Positions 13,167 through 25,375 of a DNA stretch of 64,000 nt are shown here, piece by piece. Both the position numbers and the translations under genes were made by a program. How positions within the stretch are numbered: position 1 is the first letter of the stretch; each line of letters starts with the position of its first letter. This DNA is from Octopus vulgaris. Taxonomy: Eukaryota. A model generated the notes under the pieces. It was not told the DNA's origin and made no database searches. It worked only from the letters and a program-made list of their open reading frames with translations. The stretch covers positions 17,298,001 through 17,362,000 of the forward strand of contig OX597837.1 in the NCBI GenBank assembly GCA_951406725.2, written 5' to 3'.

Positions 13167-13519
13167 TTCTGTCTTCAGAAATGTAACCATTTAGTTTAGA
13201 AATTATATTATATCTATTTCCTGATAGTTGGGTCACAAAAGTAAAAACTACATAAAAGGGGAATTTTAATTGATGTACGAGTGATGTTCATTAATGATTT
13301 CCCCTGATCCACATCTCAAGGACTAGGATAAATGAAACTTGACATAATTATTAGTCCTTCACTACATAACAACCACCAAAGGTAACGCACTTCTCCCACT
13401 GCTTTATGCAGCTGTGAAGACCTTGTCTGTAGAAGGCAGTAGGTTGCATCTGGAAATAAGTTCATCATCATCTGAAAAGTGCTTTCCCTTCAAAAAAGAC
13501 TTAATGGTTGGAAAGGTGG

Positions 13520-13766
13520 AAGCCTGTGCTTGTGCCACACGAAAAGCACAACTCACCTTCCTTGTGCTTGTGCCACATAAAAAGCACTAAGTCCATTCTG
13601 CTGAGTGGTTGGTGTTAGGAAAGCATTCAGCTGTAAAAACCTTGCTAAAACAGTCACAGAAGTCTGGTGCAGGCTTCGGCCCAGGTGGCTCTTGTGGTAC
13701 TGTCACACCCATGCTAGCATGGAACATGGATGTCAAATGACGATAATGATGATAATGATGATGACG
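13520..13766 (+). mobile_element. RTE 3'-tail fragment
   Basis: GAGTGGTTGGTGTTAGGAAAGCATTCAGCTGTAAAAAC...CCCATGCTAGCATGG...(GAT)n, matching 5018-5181. Confidence 0.75.
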
Positions 13767-13843
<77 letters not shown>

Positions 13844-13944
13844 GTGCAATGAGTAAATTGTTGCCATTTTGTATTTTTAATTTCATGAATTGTTTGTTTT
13901 TGACTTTGTTGACTACACAGTATAGTAGGGTCAGTTGGGTACTG

Positions 13945-14232
13945 ATGAAACTTGACACACACATAGCCCAATGTCATAATTCAAAACTAACGCAGCGAAA
14001 ATTTTGAAAAGTTCCCCCAGTTCTGAAAAAGTCGATAAATTCGACATGGGGTCGAGAATCAGAAACACAAACCGCAAAATGTCTAGGGGACGCAACTCCA
14101 CCTTTTTTACTCTCAAAAAAAATTTACCATAATTTTTTTCCATTTTTTTGCTATTTTTTGGCTATAACTCTCTAAAAATGCTTTATAGTTATTTCCCTTA
14201 CAAACCTGAGCAACGCCGGGCGATACTGCTAG
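13945..14232 (+). mobile_element. Non-autonomous Helitron 3' fragment
   Basis: Subterminal GC hairpin CCTGAGCAACGCCGGG (14205-14220), then CTAG (14229-14232) followed by T, which is the canonical Helitron 3' end. Confidence 0.72.
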
Positions 14233-14865
14233 TATATATATATACAGAGTGCAATGAGTAAATTGTTGCCATTTTGTATTTTTAATTTCATGAATTGTTT
14301 GTTTTTGACTTTGTTGACTACACAGTATAGTAGGGTCAGTTGGGTACTGCCTGTAAGAGAAACAGCACTATGACACAATTCACTCTGCCAGAAATTTGGT
14401 AATGAAATGCTGTACTGCTTGGCATTCATGCCAGAAGTTCCAACACAAACAAATGGTGAACAACATCCGTTGGCTTGCTGTGTCCCCAAAACATGATAAA
14501 AACCAAATATCCAGTCAACATCTATTTCTTTATTACCCACAAGGGGCCAAACACAGAGGGGACAAACAAGGACAGACAAACAGATTAAGTCGATTATATT
14601 GACTCCAGTACGTAACTGGTACTTATTTAATCGACCCTGAAATGATGAAAGGCAAAGTCAACCTTCATTCATCTTCCCACATGGACAACATCAAGTGCCT
14701 GGAGGGGGTAGTACTGCCCTGGGTCAATAGGGTGGCTGCTGGAAGACCTATGTCTGGCAACATGTTTAAATATTTAAAAATTTAGGATAAAATCTATATA
14801 TGATATTATATATGTGCATGTGTCTAAGCCTGTGTACTTACTCACTTGTCCTTTATATATGTACA

Positions 14866-16131
14866 CATTCCAAGGAGGAAAACTAGAAGTAGTTGATAGC
14901 TTCCGTTACCTAGGTGACCAAGTCAGTAGCTGCTAGAATAAGAATAGCTTGGGCAAAGTTCAGAGAGCTCTTACCTCTGCTGTTGACAAAGGGCCTCTCG
15001 CTCAGAGTAAAAGGTAGACTGTGTGATGTATGTGTACGAACAGCCATGCTACATGGCAGTGAAACATGGGCTGTGACTGCTGAGGACATACATAAGCTCG
15101 CAAGGAATGAAGCCAGTATGATCTGATGGATGCGTAATGTCAGTGTGCACACTTGACAGAGTGTAAGTACCTTGTACCTTGAGAGAAATGTTGGACTTAA
15201 GAAGCATCAGATGTGGTGTGCAAGAGAGACGACTGCGCTGGTATGGTCATGTGGCGAGAATGGATGAGGACAGCTGTGTGAAAAAGTGCCACACCCTAGC
15301 AGTTAAGGGAACCTGTGGAAGAGGTAGACCCAGGAAGGCCCGGGATGAAGTGGTGAAGCACAACCTTCGAACTTTAAGCCTCACCAAAGAAATGACTAGT
15401 GACCGAGACTTTTGGAAATATGCCGTGCGTGAGAAGACCCGGCCAGCCAAGTGAGACCATAATCTCGTGGCCTATGCCAGAGGCGTTACCAGCCCAGTTA
15501 TGCGTACCTTTTCCTTCTTGGACACTAAAACTCTGCTTGCGAAGACCTGTTGAGGCAAGTGAAATCAAAAATCAAAATCAAAATCAAAATCAAATTCGAT
15601 GACTGGCGTCCGTGCTAGCGGGGTGCAAAGAGCACCATACGAGTGTGATCATTGACAGAGTGGCTAACCGGCTTCCATGCCAGTGGCACTTAAAAGCACT
15701 ATTTGAGCGTGATCATTACCAGCATCGCCTTACTGACACTCAAGCCCCGTGCTAGTAGGGTATTAAGAGCACCATCCAAGCGTGATCATTGCCAGAGCAG
15801 CTATCTGACCTCCGTGCCGGTGGCATGTAAAAGACACCATTCGAGCGTTATCGTTACCAGCTTCACCTTACTGGCACCTGTGTCGGTGGAATGTGTAAAA
15901 GGTTTGAGTGAGGTCATTGCCAGTACTGCCTGACTGGCCCCATGCCGGTGGTACGTAAAAGCACCCACTACACTCTCGGAGTAGTTGGCGTTAGGAAGGG
16001 CATCCAGCTGTAGAAACTCTGCCAGAACAAGATTGAAGCCTGGTGCAGCCATCTGGTTCGCCAGCCCTCAGTCATTCGTCCAACCCATGCTAGCATAGAA
16101 AGCGGACATTAAACAATGATGATGATGATGA
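14866..16131 (+). mobile_element. 5'-truncated RTE LINE, same family as 2501-5181
   Basis: ARIRIAWAKFRELLPLL...RGRPRK with stops and frameshifts, a 3' UTR with ~60-bp repeats, and a (GAT)n tail. A second tail fragment lies at 16349-16528. Confidence 0.9.
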
Positions 16132-16497
16132 TATATATATATATATTTAGGCACAGGTGTGGCTGTGTGGTATAGGCACATGCATGGCTGTGTGGTAAGA
16201 AGCTTACTTCCCAACCCCATGGTTCTGGGTTCAGTCCACTGCATGGCACCTTGGGCAAGTGTCTTCTACTATAGTCTCAGGCTAACCAAAGTGGATTTGG
16301 TAGACAGAAACTGAAAGAAGCCCATCGTGTATATATATATATATATATAACTACACTCTCGGAGTGGTTGGCATTTTAGGAAGGGCATCCAGCTGTAGAA
16401 GCTCTACCAGATCAGATTGGATCCTGGCGCAGCCAACTGGTTCGCCAGTTCTCAGTCAAATCGTCCAACCCATGCTAACATGGAAAGCAGACGTTAA

Positions 16498-16529
<32 letters not shown>

Positions 16530-17039
16530 ATATACAAATATTCTATAATTATAAACATAATTATAATCAGGGGTCAAGTAATTGATTCGCCACACACCGA
16601 ACTTAGAAATAGGAGTTAAAATGCCTTTTCTGCTACCATAAAGATCTCTCAAACAGTAACACACTTTTTTTATGTAGGCAAAAAGAAAAAATAATGAATC
16701 CACATGACTCAGATTAGCTACAAACCCATTTCGAGATTAAAGTAAAGTTATATTTATCTACTTATTTCTCACCTTCAGTGCAGCATTTTGAGATATAAAT
16801 TTGTGAGTGTTAGGATTAAATATGCATGCAATCAAGCATCATCGCATAACCAATATTCAACCAACACTTCCAAAAATATACAGCTGAATGTGAACATGTA
16901 GTCAACATTAATAATGTATGAAGGTTGACTACTCTCAATAATCTGAGAAACAAATTGAACACGGAACTACATAAACTTGGATTTTCTGCTAAACAATATA
17001 ACTGTTCCTTCAAAAAAGTAGTATTTAACCCTTTAGCAT

Positions 17040-17372
17040 TCAGTGTAGGTATTTTCTTTTTGCTGGGCAATTAATTTCCACTACTGTACATAGTGTCTCT
17101 TCTCTATCCCAAATAGCTATGCCAGGTTTCTTATGTTTACATTTTATTGAGGTCTTCATTGGGACATTCCACTTGTACTCCTTCTTATTATGAGCAGCTA
17201 TGGCCTGTACCATACTATGGATTTTTATTTCTTTGGCCTCAAGATTATCCTTCTGACAGATTGCATTATACAGTGTCTTGGCTAAAACACCATGTCTCAT
17301 CAGTGGACAACTGCTTATGAAGTGGGTGATATCTTTGGAGTTCATTCCACATATAACTGATGCAGACATCAA
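17040..17372 (-). mobile_element. R4/Dong-like RLE-domain fragment
   Basis: HFISSCP...EYKWNVPMKTSIKCKHKKPGIAIWD...VVEINCPA, homologous to 7725-8299. Confidence 0.8.
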
Positions 17373-17739
17373 TTATAACATTTTGGATTATTATTATTTG
17401 TTCTGATCAATAGCTCATTTCCTGTACTTGTGACACTGAATGAAGCAAGAGGAGGTGGCAGCTTCAGTGAAGGAGTTCTTCAGACGGTGCAACACAATAG
17501 CCTCTACTTTGAATGCTCGGCCACTTTTATTGTAACTTCAAGAATGAAGCAAATAAGTTCCCCAAATATTGCAAGACTTCTGACTTCATACTATATATAT
17601 ATATATGCATATGTAGCAGGAATATTTATCAATTTGAACTCAGATCATTATATCTGAATGCAAATAACCCCCAAAATCTCAAGAATACAATTGCAATTTG
17701 CTAGTATATTATCAACATCATCAAAACATCTGACTGTTC

Positions 17740-17807
17740 AAGATGAAATTATTGTTAAATCCGGTTCCACTTTTGAGTGGAACCGGATTTAACAATAATT
17801 TCATCTT
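17740..17807. repeat. Perfect 32-bp inverted repeat with 4-nt loop
   Basis: AAGATGAAATTATTGTTAAATCCGGTTCCACT-TTTG-AGTGGAACCGGATTTAACAATAATTTCATCTT. Confidence 0.95.
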
Positions 17808-18321
17808 TTCCGAGCAAGATCACCACTATATATTCATCACATTTTAGCCACTCTTGACAGACAGTAGACATCAGACTGGACACAGAAGATGGTAGTCAGC
17901 AGACTGTAGCTGAACCAGCAGCTGGCTAGAGCTCGGTCACAACACAAAAACAATGAACAGATGGCAACTCAACACACAGTGATTGGCTAACATCACAGTA
18001 ACAATCGTTAACATACCTAGTACAAGTTAACTAAGTTATGGAAATGTAAACAAACCAGCACTGGTTGTCAAGTAGTAGTGAGGTGGAGGACAAACACAAA
18101 GTCAAACATATGTAGACTGTGGTTGGGAAGCAAACTTCTTACAACACAGCCAAACTGTAAAATTAGACAATCTGAATGTAAAAAGTAATGTAATATTTTC
18201 ATTTCTGTTTATACAAGTTATATTTCATTCTAATCAACAGTAAAATGTGTCAAATGTTCCAGAATGATTCAGTGAAACTGAAGAACAGAAATAATGAAAG
18301 GGATAGGGGAAATGGTGTTAC

Positions 18322-18773
18322 TCTTTTACTTGTTTCAGTCATTTGACTGTGGCTATGCAGGAGCACCACCTTTAGTTGAGCAAATCGACCCCAGCACTTA
18401 TTCTTTGTAAGCCTAGTACTTATTCTATCGGTCTCTTTTGTTGAACTGCTAAGTTACAGGGATGTAAACACACCACCATTGGTTGTCAAGTGATGTTGGG
18501 GGGACAAACACACACAATCAAGATGAAACAATAACACAAATAACACAGACACACAATCATACACACACACACACACATAGATATATGTGTGTATATATAT
18601 ATGTGTGTGTATATATGTATATACGTTTTCCGTCTACCAAATCCACTCACAAGGCTTTGGTTAGCCTGAGGCTATAGTAGAAGGCACTTGCCCAAGATGC
18701 CACGCAGTGGGAATGAACCCAGAACCATGTGGTTGGTAAGCAAGCTACTTACCATACAGCCACTCCTGCACCT
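18322..18773 (-). mobile_element. tRNA-derived CORE-type SINE, near full length
   Basis: Minus-strand head GGTGCAGGAGTGGCTGTATGGTAAGTAGC...GGGTTCATTCCC, core, microsatellite and shared tail. Confidence 0.85.
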
Positions 18774-19340
18774 GAGGAATTAACGCTAGATAAAATATAT
18801 GTATACATATGCATTGCTAATTTTAATTACCGTTAAAGAGATTTCTGTGGGTTGTCACAGCATTTTTTATTATAACCATGAAATCCTATCCTTTAATTAC
18901 CCTGTTAGATAAAATTGTCATCAAATGACAACTGATGAGGTTATTACTGCTGCTGCTGTTGTTATTTAGCTCCAAGCCAGCCATAATTGAAGGGATATAA
19001 TCAAAATACTCTCATGCCATGCTCATCCTATCCTGCTTTTTTTTTAATTTTGACTATTTCAGACACATTTTATTTACAACCAGTCACATTAGCCAATATC
19101 GTTTTTTTTTTTTTTGCATTTCCTTTTTAAAATGTTAGGGTGCAACTGGAGGTAGGTTTGAGGGCTACTTTTAATTTATTGAGTGCTTATGTGCTTCTTT
19201 CAGTTTCCGTCTACCAAATCCACTCACAAGGCTTTGGTCAGCCTGAGGCATTTGCCCAAGGTGCCATGTAGTATGACTGAATCCAGAACTATGTGGTTGG
19301 GAAGCAAGTTTCTAACCGCACAGCCACTCCTATATTATTA

Positions 19341-20990
19341 CACTGGGCAACACAAAACTGTTTTTGTCTGGTGCCTGGACTATTTCAACAAATTCCTAAG
19401 TGATTTTGCCAGATAAATTCAAAATAACTTCAGATTTTCTCTATCAGGTCTAGTTTTCTGACTAGACCAGACAGAGTAAGTATTTTATTCATACAAGAAT
19501 CAACAAAGAGAGCATATAATACAAAACAAAACAAAGTACAAATAAAAACTCAAAATTGAAAATGCAGATTGGCAAAAATTTTGGGTAGAAAATTCAAGGA
19601 ATAAATTTCCGCTTCTTTGTGCACTGTGAATGTTGAGCTACATGAGTATCTTGTTTTAAACACCAGCAAGAATCTGTCATCATCACAGCATCCCAACATC
19701 CTTGGTACCGAGTTTTCATCTTGATGTCCTGATGGAATCGTTCACCTTGTTCATCGCTAATATCTCCAAGATTTCCAGGAAAATTATCAAGATGACTAAA
19801 AAGATAATGCATTTTGATGCTCATATTCGCGCCAACATCACGAAAAGCTGATATCAAGTTGGTAACAAGGTCTTTATAGTTTTCACTTTTGTGTTTCCCA
19901 AGGAAATTTTGTACTACTTTTGCAAAGGCTAGCCAAGATGATGCTTCATTTTTTGCTCATTTTCATGAAATTTGTGTCCTTCAAGAGCTTACGGATCTGT
20001 GGTCCATCAAAAATCCCAGCTTTAAGTTTTTCAGTTGTCAAGTCTAGAAATACACTGCAGATATACTTGAAGCACTCCCCATTTTTATCCAGAGCTTTGA
20101 CAAATTGCTTGATCAATCCGATTTTGATGTGCAAAGGGGGTGGAATGATCTCGGTCAACTAAAGGTTCTTTCAATATATTGGAAGTTCTAAATGGAGCTA
20201 TATTTGTTCGAGGCAGCCAGTCTTTCTTAACATAGTGGTTTACTCAGTCTCTACTGAGCCACATGCAAACAAAGTGTGGGTATTTGGTATAACTAGATTG
20301 CTGTCCCATGAGAAAATTCACCATCTTTAAGTCAATGCAGATGACCCATTTATGATCATGAAATAATTTCTTCTCTAAAACCAACCTAATTTCTTCATAT
20401 TTTTCCTTCAGAGTTGTTGAGTGGCCGAGTGGGACAGTGCCATACACACTTCTGTTGTGCAACAATACACATTTTAAACTATGCTTAGAGCTGTCTATGA
20501 AAAGACATCATTCTTCTGGTTTGTAGTCCTGAATGCTAAGTTTATTAAGAAGCCCACTGATATCTCTGCAGTAAACCAGCTCTTCCCCTTTTGTGAAGAA
20601 AGAAAGGTACTCTTCATGTCGACTCTGATAAAAGGTTATACAGACATTGTTCTCTAGATGGTTCTTCTCTTTCAGTCAGGAAGCAAATAGTTCTGCAGAA
20701 TTTTTTGGGAGGTTCAAGTCACAAACTAGATCATTCAGCTCTACCTGGGAGAAAAGCTGAGGTAAAGTCTCAATCTCTTGTATCAAGCTACCTGTAATTG
20801 TCAGCAGCATTTTCTTTTGATGCATCCTTCAGACACAATACTGTTCATCCTTTTGTCAACTAGCCCAGGATTTCTTTTTCTCCATTGATCAATGCATTAA
20901 ATTGATCTGTGCTCAATTTATGGCATCTGCTGAACTGTTTAGTCCATAATCCCTGTACACCATCAGGTCTTGCTACTTTCCAATTCCTTA
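19341..20990 (-). mobile_element. Decayed Chapaev3-like (CMC) DNA transposon
   Basis: Transposase fragments PPLHIKIGLIKQFVKAL...GIFDGPQIRKL and MSIKMHYLFSHLDNFPGNLGDISDEQGERFHQDI; terminus CACTGGGCAACA at 19341. Family assignment is from recalled motifs. Confidence 0.72.
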
Positions 20991-21021
20991 CTTTTTAACT
21001 CATATTTGTGATACTGTCGTC

Positions 21022-21086
21022 ATCTTCTTCTTCTTTTTCTTCTTCTTCTTCTTCTTCTTCTTCTTCTTCTTCTTCTTCTTCTTCTT

Positions 21087-21117
<31 letters not shown>

Positions 21118-21120
21118 TTA

Positions 21121-21183
<63 letters not shown>
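21022..21183. repeat. Compound (TTC)n-(TTA)n microsatellite
   Basis: Read directly from the sequence. Confidence 0.95.
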
Positions 21184-21273
21184 TTTTTGCAATACAAATA
21201 ACCTGGTGTTAGAATTCAATATGCATGTGCTTCAAAACAACGCATCAGTTGAATACAGAGCAGATATAACACA

Positions 21274-21535
21274 TTAAAATTACAATTATAAATTATATCA
21301 TGGACTTCATTAGCTCACAGCTGTTTCTGCTATAAGATGCAATGCACTCATAGTTGAATGCTTGAGCATGAAGCTATAACTTTATTGGAGCTTCAAAAAA
21401 TGAAGCTCAGTTTTGAAGGTTCAATGAAGCAATAGTGTGATACATAAGCACTCAACTATGAGTGCATCTTATAGCAAAAACAGCTGTGAGCTAATGAAGC
21501 TCATAACATAATTTCTTGCTCACTTGCAATTTTAA
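21274..21535. mobile_element. Decayed fold-back element with hammerhead 3'-half motif
   Basis: Inverted arms at 21305-21363 and 21446-21499, extending imperfectly to 21274 and 21535. The left arm reads GAAACAGCTGTGAG on the minus strand. Confidence 0.6.
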
Positions 21536-21551
21536 ATTCTCACACACACAC

Positions 21552-22735
21552 GGAAGCAAGGTTTAGAATCGAAGGGCCTTAGAGTCAATGTTGCAAAAAC
21601 TAAAATCCTAGTAAGTAGGAAGGCGGACACATCACAAACCCCTTCAGGTAGACAGCCCTGCACAATCTGTAGAAAAAAGGAGGTAGAAACTCCATAAGAT
21701 GTACCCATTGTAAGCTATGGACCCACAAGAAGTGCAGCAACATCAAAGGAAAGTTAACTGGGAAGATAGCTTTTGTGTGTGGCAGATTCACAGGAGCAAC
21801 AAACACTGCAGATGCTCAGAAAACTGATTTCATCACATGCCAGGGGGAGAAACTAGAAGTAGTTGATAGCTTCCACTACCTAGATGACCGAGTTAATAGT
21901 GGGGGTGGATGATCAGAGAACACTGCCACTAGAATAAGAATAGCCTGGGCAAAGTTCAGAAAGCTCCTACCTCTTTTGGTGACAAAGGGCCTCTCGCTCA
22001 GAGTGAAAGGTAGATTGTATGATGCATGTGTGCAAACTGCCATGCTACACAGCAGTGAAACATGGGCCGTGACTGCTGAAGACATGCGTAAGCTCAAAAG
22101 AAATGAAGCTAGTATGATCTACTGATGTGTAATGTCAGTGTGTACACACGGCAGAGTGTAAGTGCCCTGAGAGAAATATTGGACATAAAAAGCATCAGAT
22201 GTGGTGTGCAAGAGAGATGACTGTGCTGGTAGGGTCACGTGCTGTGTATGGGTGAGGAGAGCTATGTGAAGTGTCACTCCCTAACAGTGGAAGTAACCCA
22301 TGGAAGAGGGAGACCCAGGAAGACATGGGATGAGGTGGTGAAGCACTACCTTCGAACGTTGGGCCTAACAGAGGCAATGACGAAAGACCAAGCCCTCTGG
22401 AGATATACTGTTATTGAGAAGACCCAGCAAGGAAAGTGAGATCACAGCCATAGCCTACACCAGTGTTGCATAACCAGCCCATTTAAAAAGTACCTTTGAA
22501 TTGTCAGGCGACATGCTTGAGGAGATCTATTGAGTCAAGTAAATCAAAATCAAAATCAAATCAAATCAAAACACAATCAAATGGAAATTGTAGTTGTGGC
22601 CAATACCAGTGCTGCCTGACTGGCTCCCGTGCTGGTGGCACGCAATAAGCATCATTCATGTGTGGGTCGTTGCCAGTGCTGCGTTACTGGTTCCCCATGC
22701 CGGTGGCATGTAAAAAGTACCTTCTGAATGTGATC
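21552..22735 (+). mobile_element. Decayed RTE LINE fragment, same family as 2501-5181
   Basis: GLRVNVAKTK, PHD-like cysteine cluster, GRGRPRKTWDEVVKH and partial 3' UTR. Confidence 0.88.
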
Positions 22736-23740
22736 GTTAATTACTCAAAACGTGGAATAAATGAACAGCCAACAACTGATGAAGGGTCATTCTTTATATT
22801 GTCTGTCTTGTTTTCCATTTGTTTCTCTCATTGTTTGCATACCCAAGTTTGCATTTGCATTTCATGTTGTTTATGTTTTGTGACATCCTGTACCCATATA
22901 TCATATATATGCATATATATGTAAGTATGTACATATATGTATGTATATATATGCATATATATATAGATATATGATATATATAGATATATGAACACGTATA
23001 CAGACCCAATTATATAAATTTATATACATCATCAGTTATACAAATATTTACACATCTTCAACCATACAAACTTTTATACATACTCAGCTATCCAAATTTG
23101 TTGATACCCTCCATTATACAAAGTTGCATACACACTCTGTATATACCCCTTTTAGTAATAGATATCTTATTTGCATCCTTTATTTAAATATGTGTGGTGA
23201 GAAGCTTACTTCCTGAGTATTTGGTCCCAGGTTCGGTCACACTGGATGGCACCTTGGACAAATGTCTTCTGCTATATTCTTGGGCCAACCAAATCTTTGT
23301 GAGTGGATTTGGTATATGGAAACTTAAAGAAGCCTGTTGTATATATACATATGTTCAATTTGAAGAATGGACGAAAGCACTAATATATGATATATGATGT
23401 ATAAAATCATGTAACATACTAATAAATATCTGTAAATATAAAACCATCCGGATTTCTGAGTACCTCATTTCTTCTAATACATATGTATATATTTATGTGT
23501 GTGTGTCTTTGTGTTCATGTTTGTCCCTCCATCATCGTTTGACAACCAGTTTCAGTATGTTTGGGTCTCCATAACTTAGCAGTTTGACTGGTAGAGTAAA
23601 TACTAGGCTTAAAAATTAAGTTCTGGGGTCAAATTATTCAACTAAAATCCTTCAAGGTGGAGCTCCAGCATGGCCACAATCAAATGACTGAAACAAATAA
23701 AGGAATATATACATAGGAAATTGCCAATCATACAGCTCTA

Positions 23741-24208
23741 TTGACACCTATTGACCAATCAGGAATAGTAAATTATCAAATTAAATTTTTCAACTCACTG
23801 GAACCACCACATTTACCTCCTCATAAGCTTCACTTGAAACCAATAATAATTTCAAGAAATTTAGATTCTCCAAAATTTTGCAATGGAGTAAGACTTATTG
23901 TGAAGAAAATTATGCCGCATGTTATAGCAGCTACTCTACTCTCTGGCTGTGGAGCAGGCAATAATGTATTCATTACTAAAATTCCATTAATACCTGCTGA
24001 TTTACTAGTACAATTCAAAAGAGTACAGTTTCCAATTAGACTAAGGTTTGTAAGGTCCATTAACAAATCACAAGAACAGACACTATCAGTAACTGGTTTG
24101 CAATTAAAGGAGCCTTGCTACTGCCATGGACAAATATATGTTGGATGCTCACATGTTGGAAGTTCAAAAAATCTTTTCATTTATACTCCAGTGGGAAAAA
24201 ACTCATAA
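23741..24208 (+). mobile_element. Helitron PIF1-like helicase C-terminal fragment
   Basis: LPPHKLHLK...RNLD..KFCNGVRL...FKRVQFPIRL...INKSQEQTL...HGQIYVGCS, the Helitron helicase motifs. Confidence 0.88.
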
Positions 24209-24689
24209 TGTTGTTTATAAAGATTTATCATAACTTGTTTTTATGTTTTCTACTTCAAGTATTATTATTGTTGATCTCACAGAACTGTTTATGCCAGTAA
24301 TGTTAAAATCACTAATCACAATAATTACTAAGAAAAAACACATATATCAAATTCATTGGTCAAGTGGACAGGATCCTGGGTCGTGACAGTTGCAACTGGA
24401 TTCAGGTTCTTGGTATTGACCATGTGTAATGATACTCTTCATATTGGGGCAGCAGCTATATGATAATTTCATAGAATGCCTACTAAATATTTTCTTGTAT
24501 CTGTGAGTGGCTAGAAAGTGTTTGTCTAGGTGAAACAGGAATCTTTTACCAATGTTAGTTTTTATAATAAGGGAAAAGGGAGGGGCGAATCAAATAACTT
24601 TCCTTGGCCTATTTTCAGCTTTCATATTATCCTGATTATTACTAGAGTGATTATATACATAACTATGTTTGAATAAATCTATCATTAGC

Positions 24690-25375
24690 AGAAGCTAATG
24701 AATCCATAAAAATAATACAACTGATAAGAAGACCTATACTGGATTATGTGAAGGTGAATTTTAAAATTGCTATGCCAACCACATGGCCTCCTTCTGACTT
24801 AGGGACAAAAGTAAATCTATTAAGTTGGCTAGCAACGCATGGACTTTAAAAGATAATGAAACACAGCATATAATTAAATGGAAACTCATTCCTTATGTAA
24901 ATGGATTGAATAAATGTAGACTTTGCTTGGCTGAAAAAGCACAGATCCTGTTCAGACCTAAGATCCCTAACTCTCTATTGAACTCCAAGTCAGAAATTTT
25001 CAGTAGTTGCAAGCATATGTATAAATATATTTTGAAGAATTGAAAAATTCCACCTATTCCTGACTGACTTGATATCTTTTCAGCCTTATCATTTAAGGTC
25101 GAAGGAGGATAGCTTTTTTACCGTTTTACTTTTTATTTTTTATATTTTAGCTTCTGCTTTTTGTTTTCCCTTTTCCATTTTCCATTGTTTATTGTCTGCG
25201 TTTTCTATATGCTGCCTTCTCAATTTTTTCACATTTTTTCTATTATTCACTTTCTTTAGTTCATTATGATATGTGGCTTGCACCTGAAGAATATGTTTGA
25301 GTTTTCTCAACATATGAAACTATTATTAGCACTTTAATACATGTATTGTAACTTTTAAATAAATAAATAATATAT
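24690..25375 (+). mobile_element. Penelope-like element 3' fragment (GIY-YIG C-terminus, 3' UTR, HHR motif)
   Basis: YTGLCEGEF...YANHMASF, IKWKL, CRLCLAEK...LLNSKSEIFSSCKH; HHR motif at 25284-25325. Confidence 0.78.
25284..25325 (+). ncRNA. Type I hammerhead ribozyme core, partly decayed
   Basis: CTGAAGA, stem II ATATGTTTGAG-TTTT-CTCAACATAT, GAAA, CTAT, TA. Stem I pairing is poor. Confidence 0.6.

Noticed and set aside
16148-16240. tRNA gene
   Set aside because: It is the tRNA-derived head of a SINE: degenerate, multi-copy, with no intact cloverleaf.
16755-16800. Minus-strand donor AAG|GTGAGA as the upstream exon of the SLC16-like gene
   Set aside because: The required phase-2 frame has a TGA immediately upstream, and there is no supporting ORF.
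18925-18960. CTGATGA motif
   Set aside because: No downstream hairpin or GAAA; a chance match.
22741-22800. CTGATGA at 22776-22782 as a hammerhead core
   Set aside because: No stem II or GAAA-N-UH follows.
23355-23390. TTGAAGA-ATGGAC-GAAA-GCAC-TA resembling a minimal HHR
   Set aside because: C3 is mutated and there is no convincing stem I or stem II; too degenerate to call.
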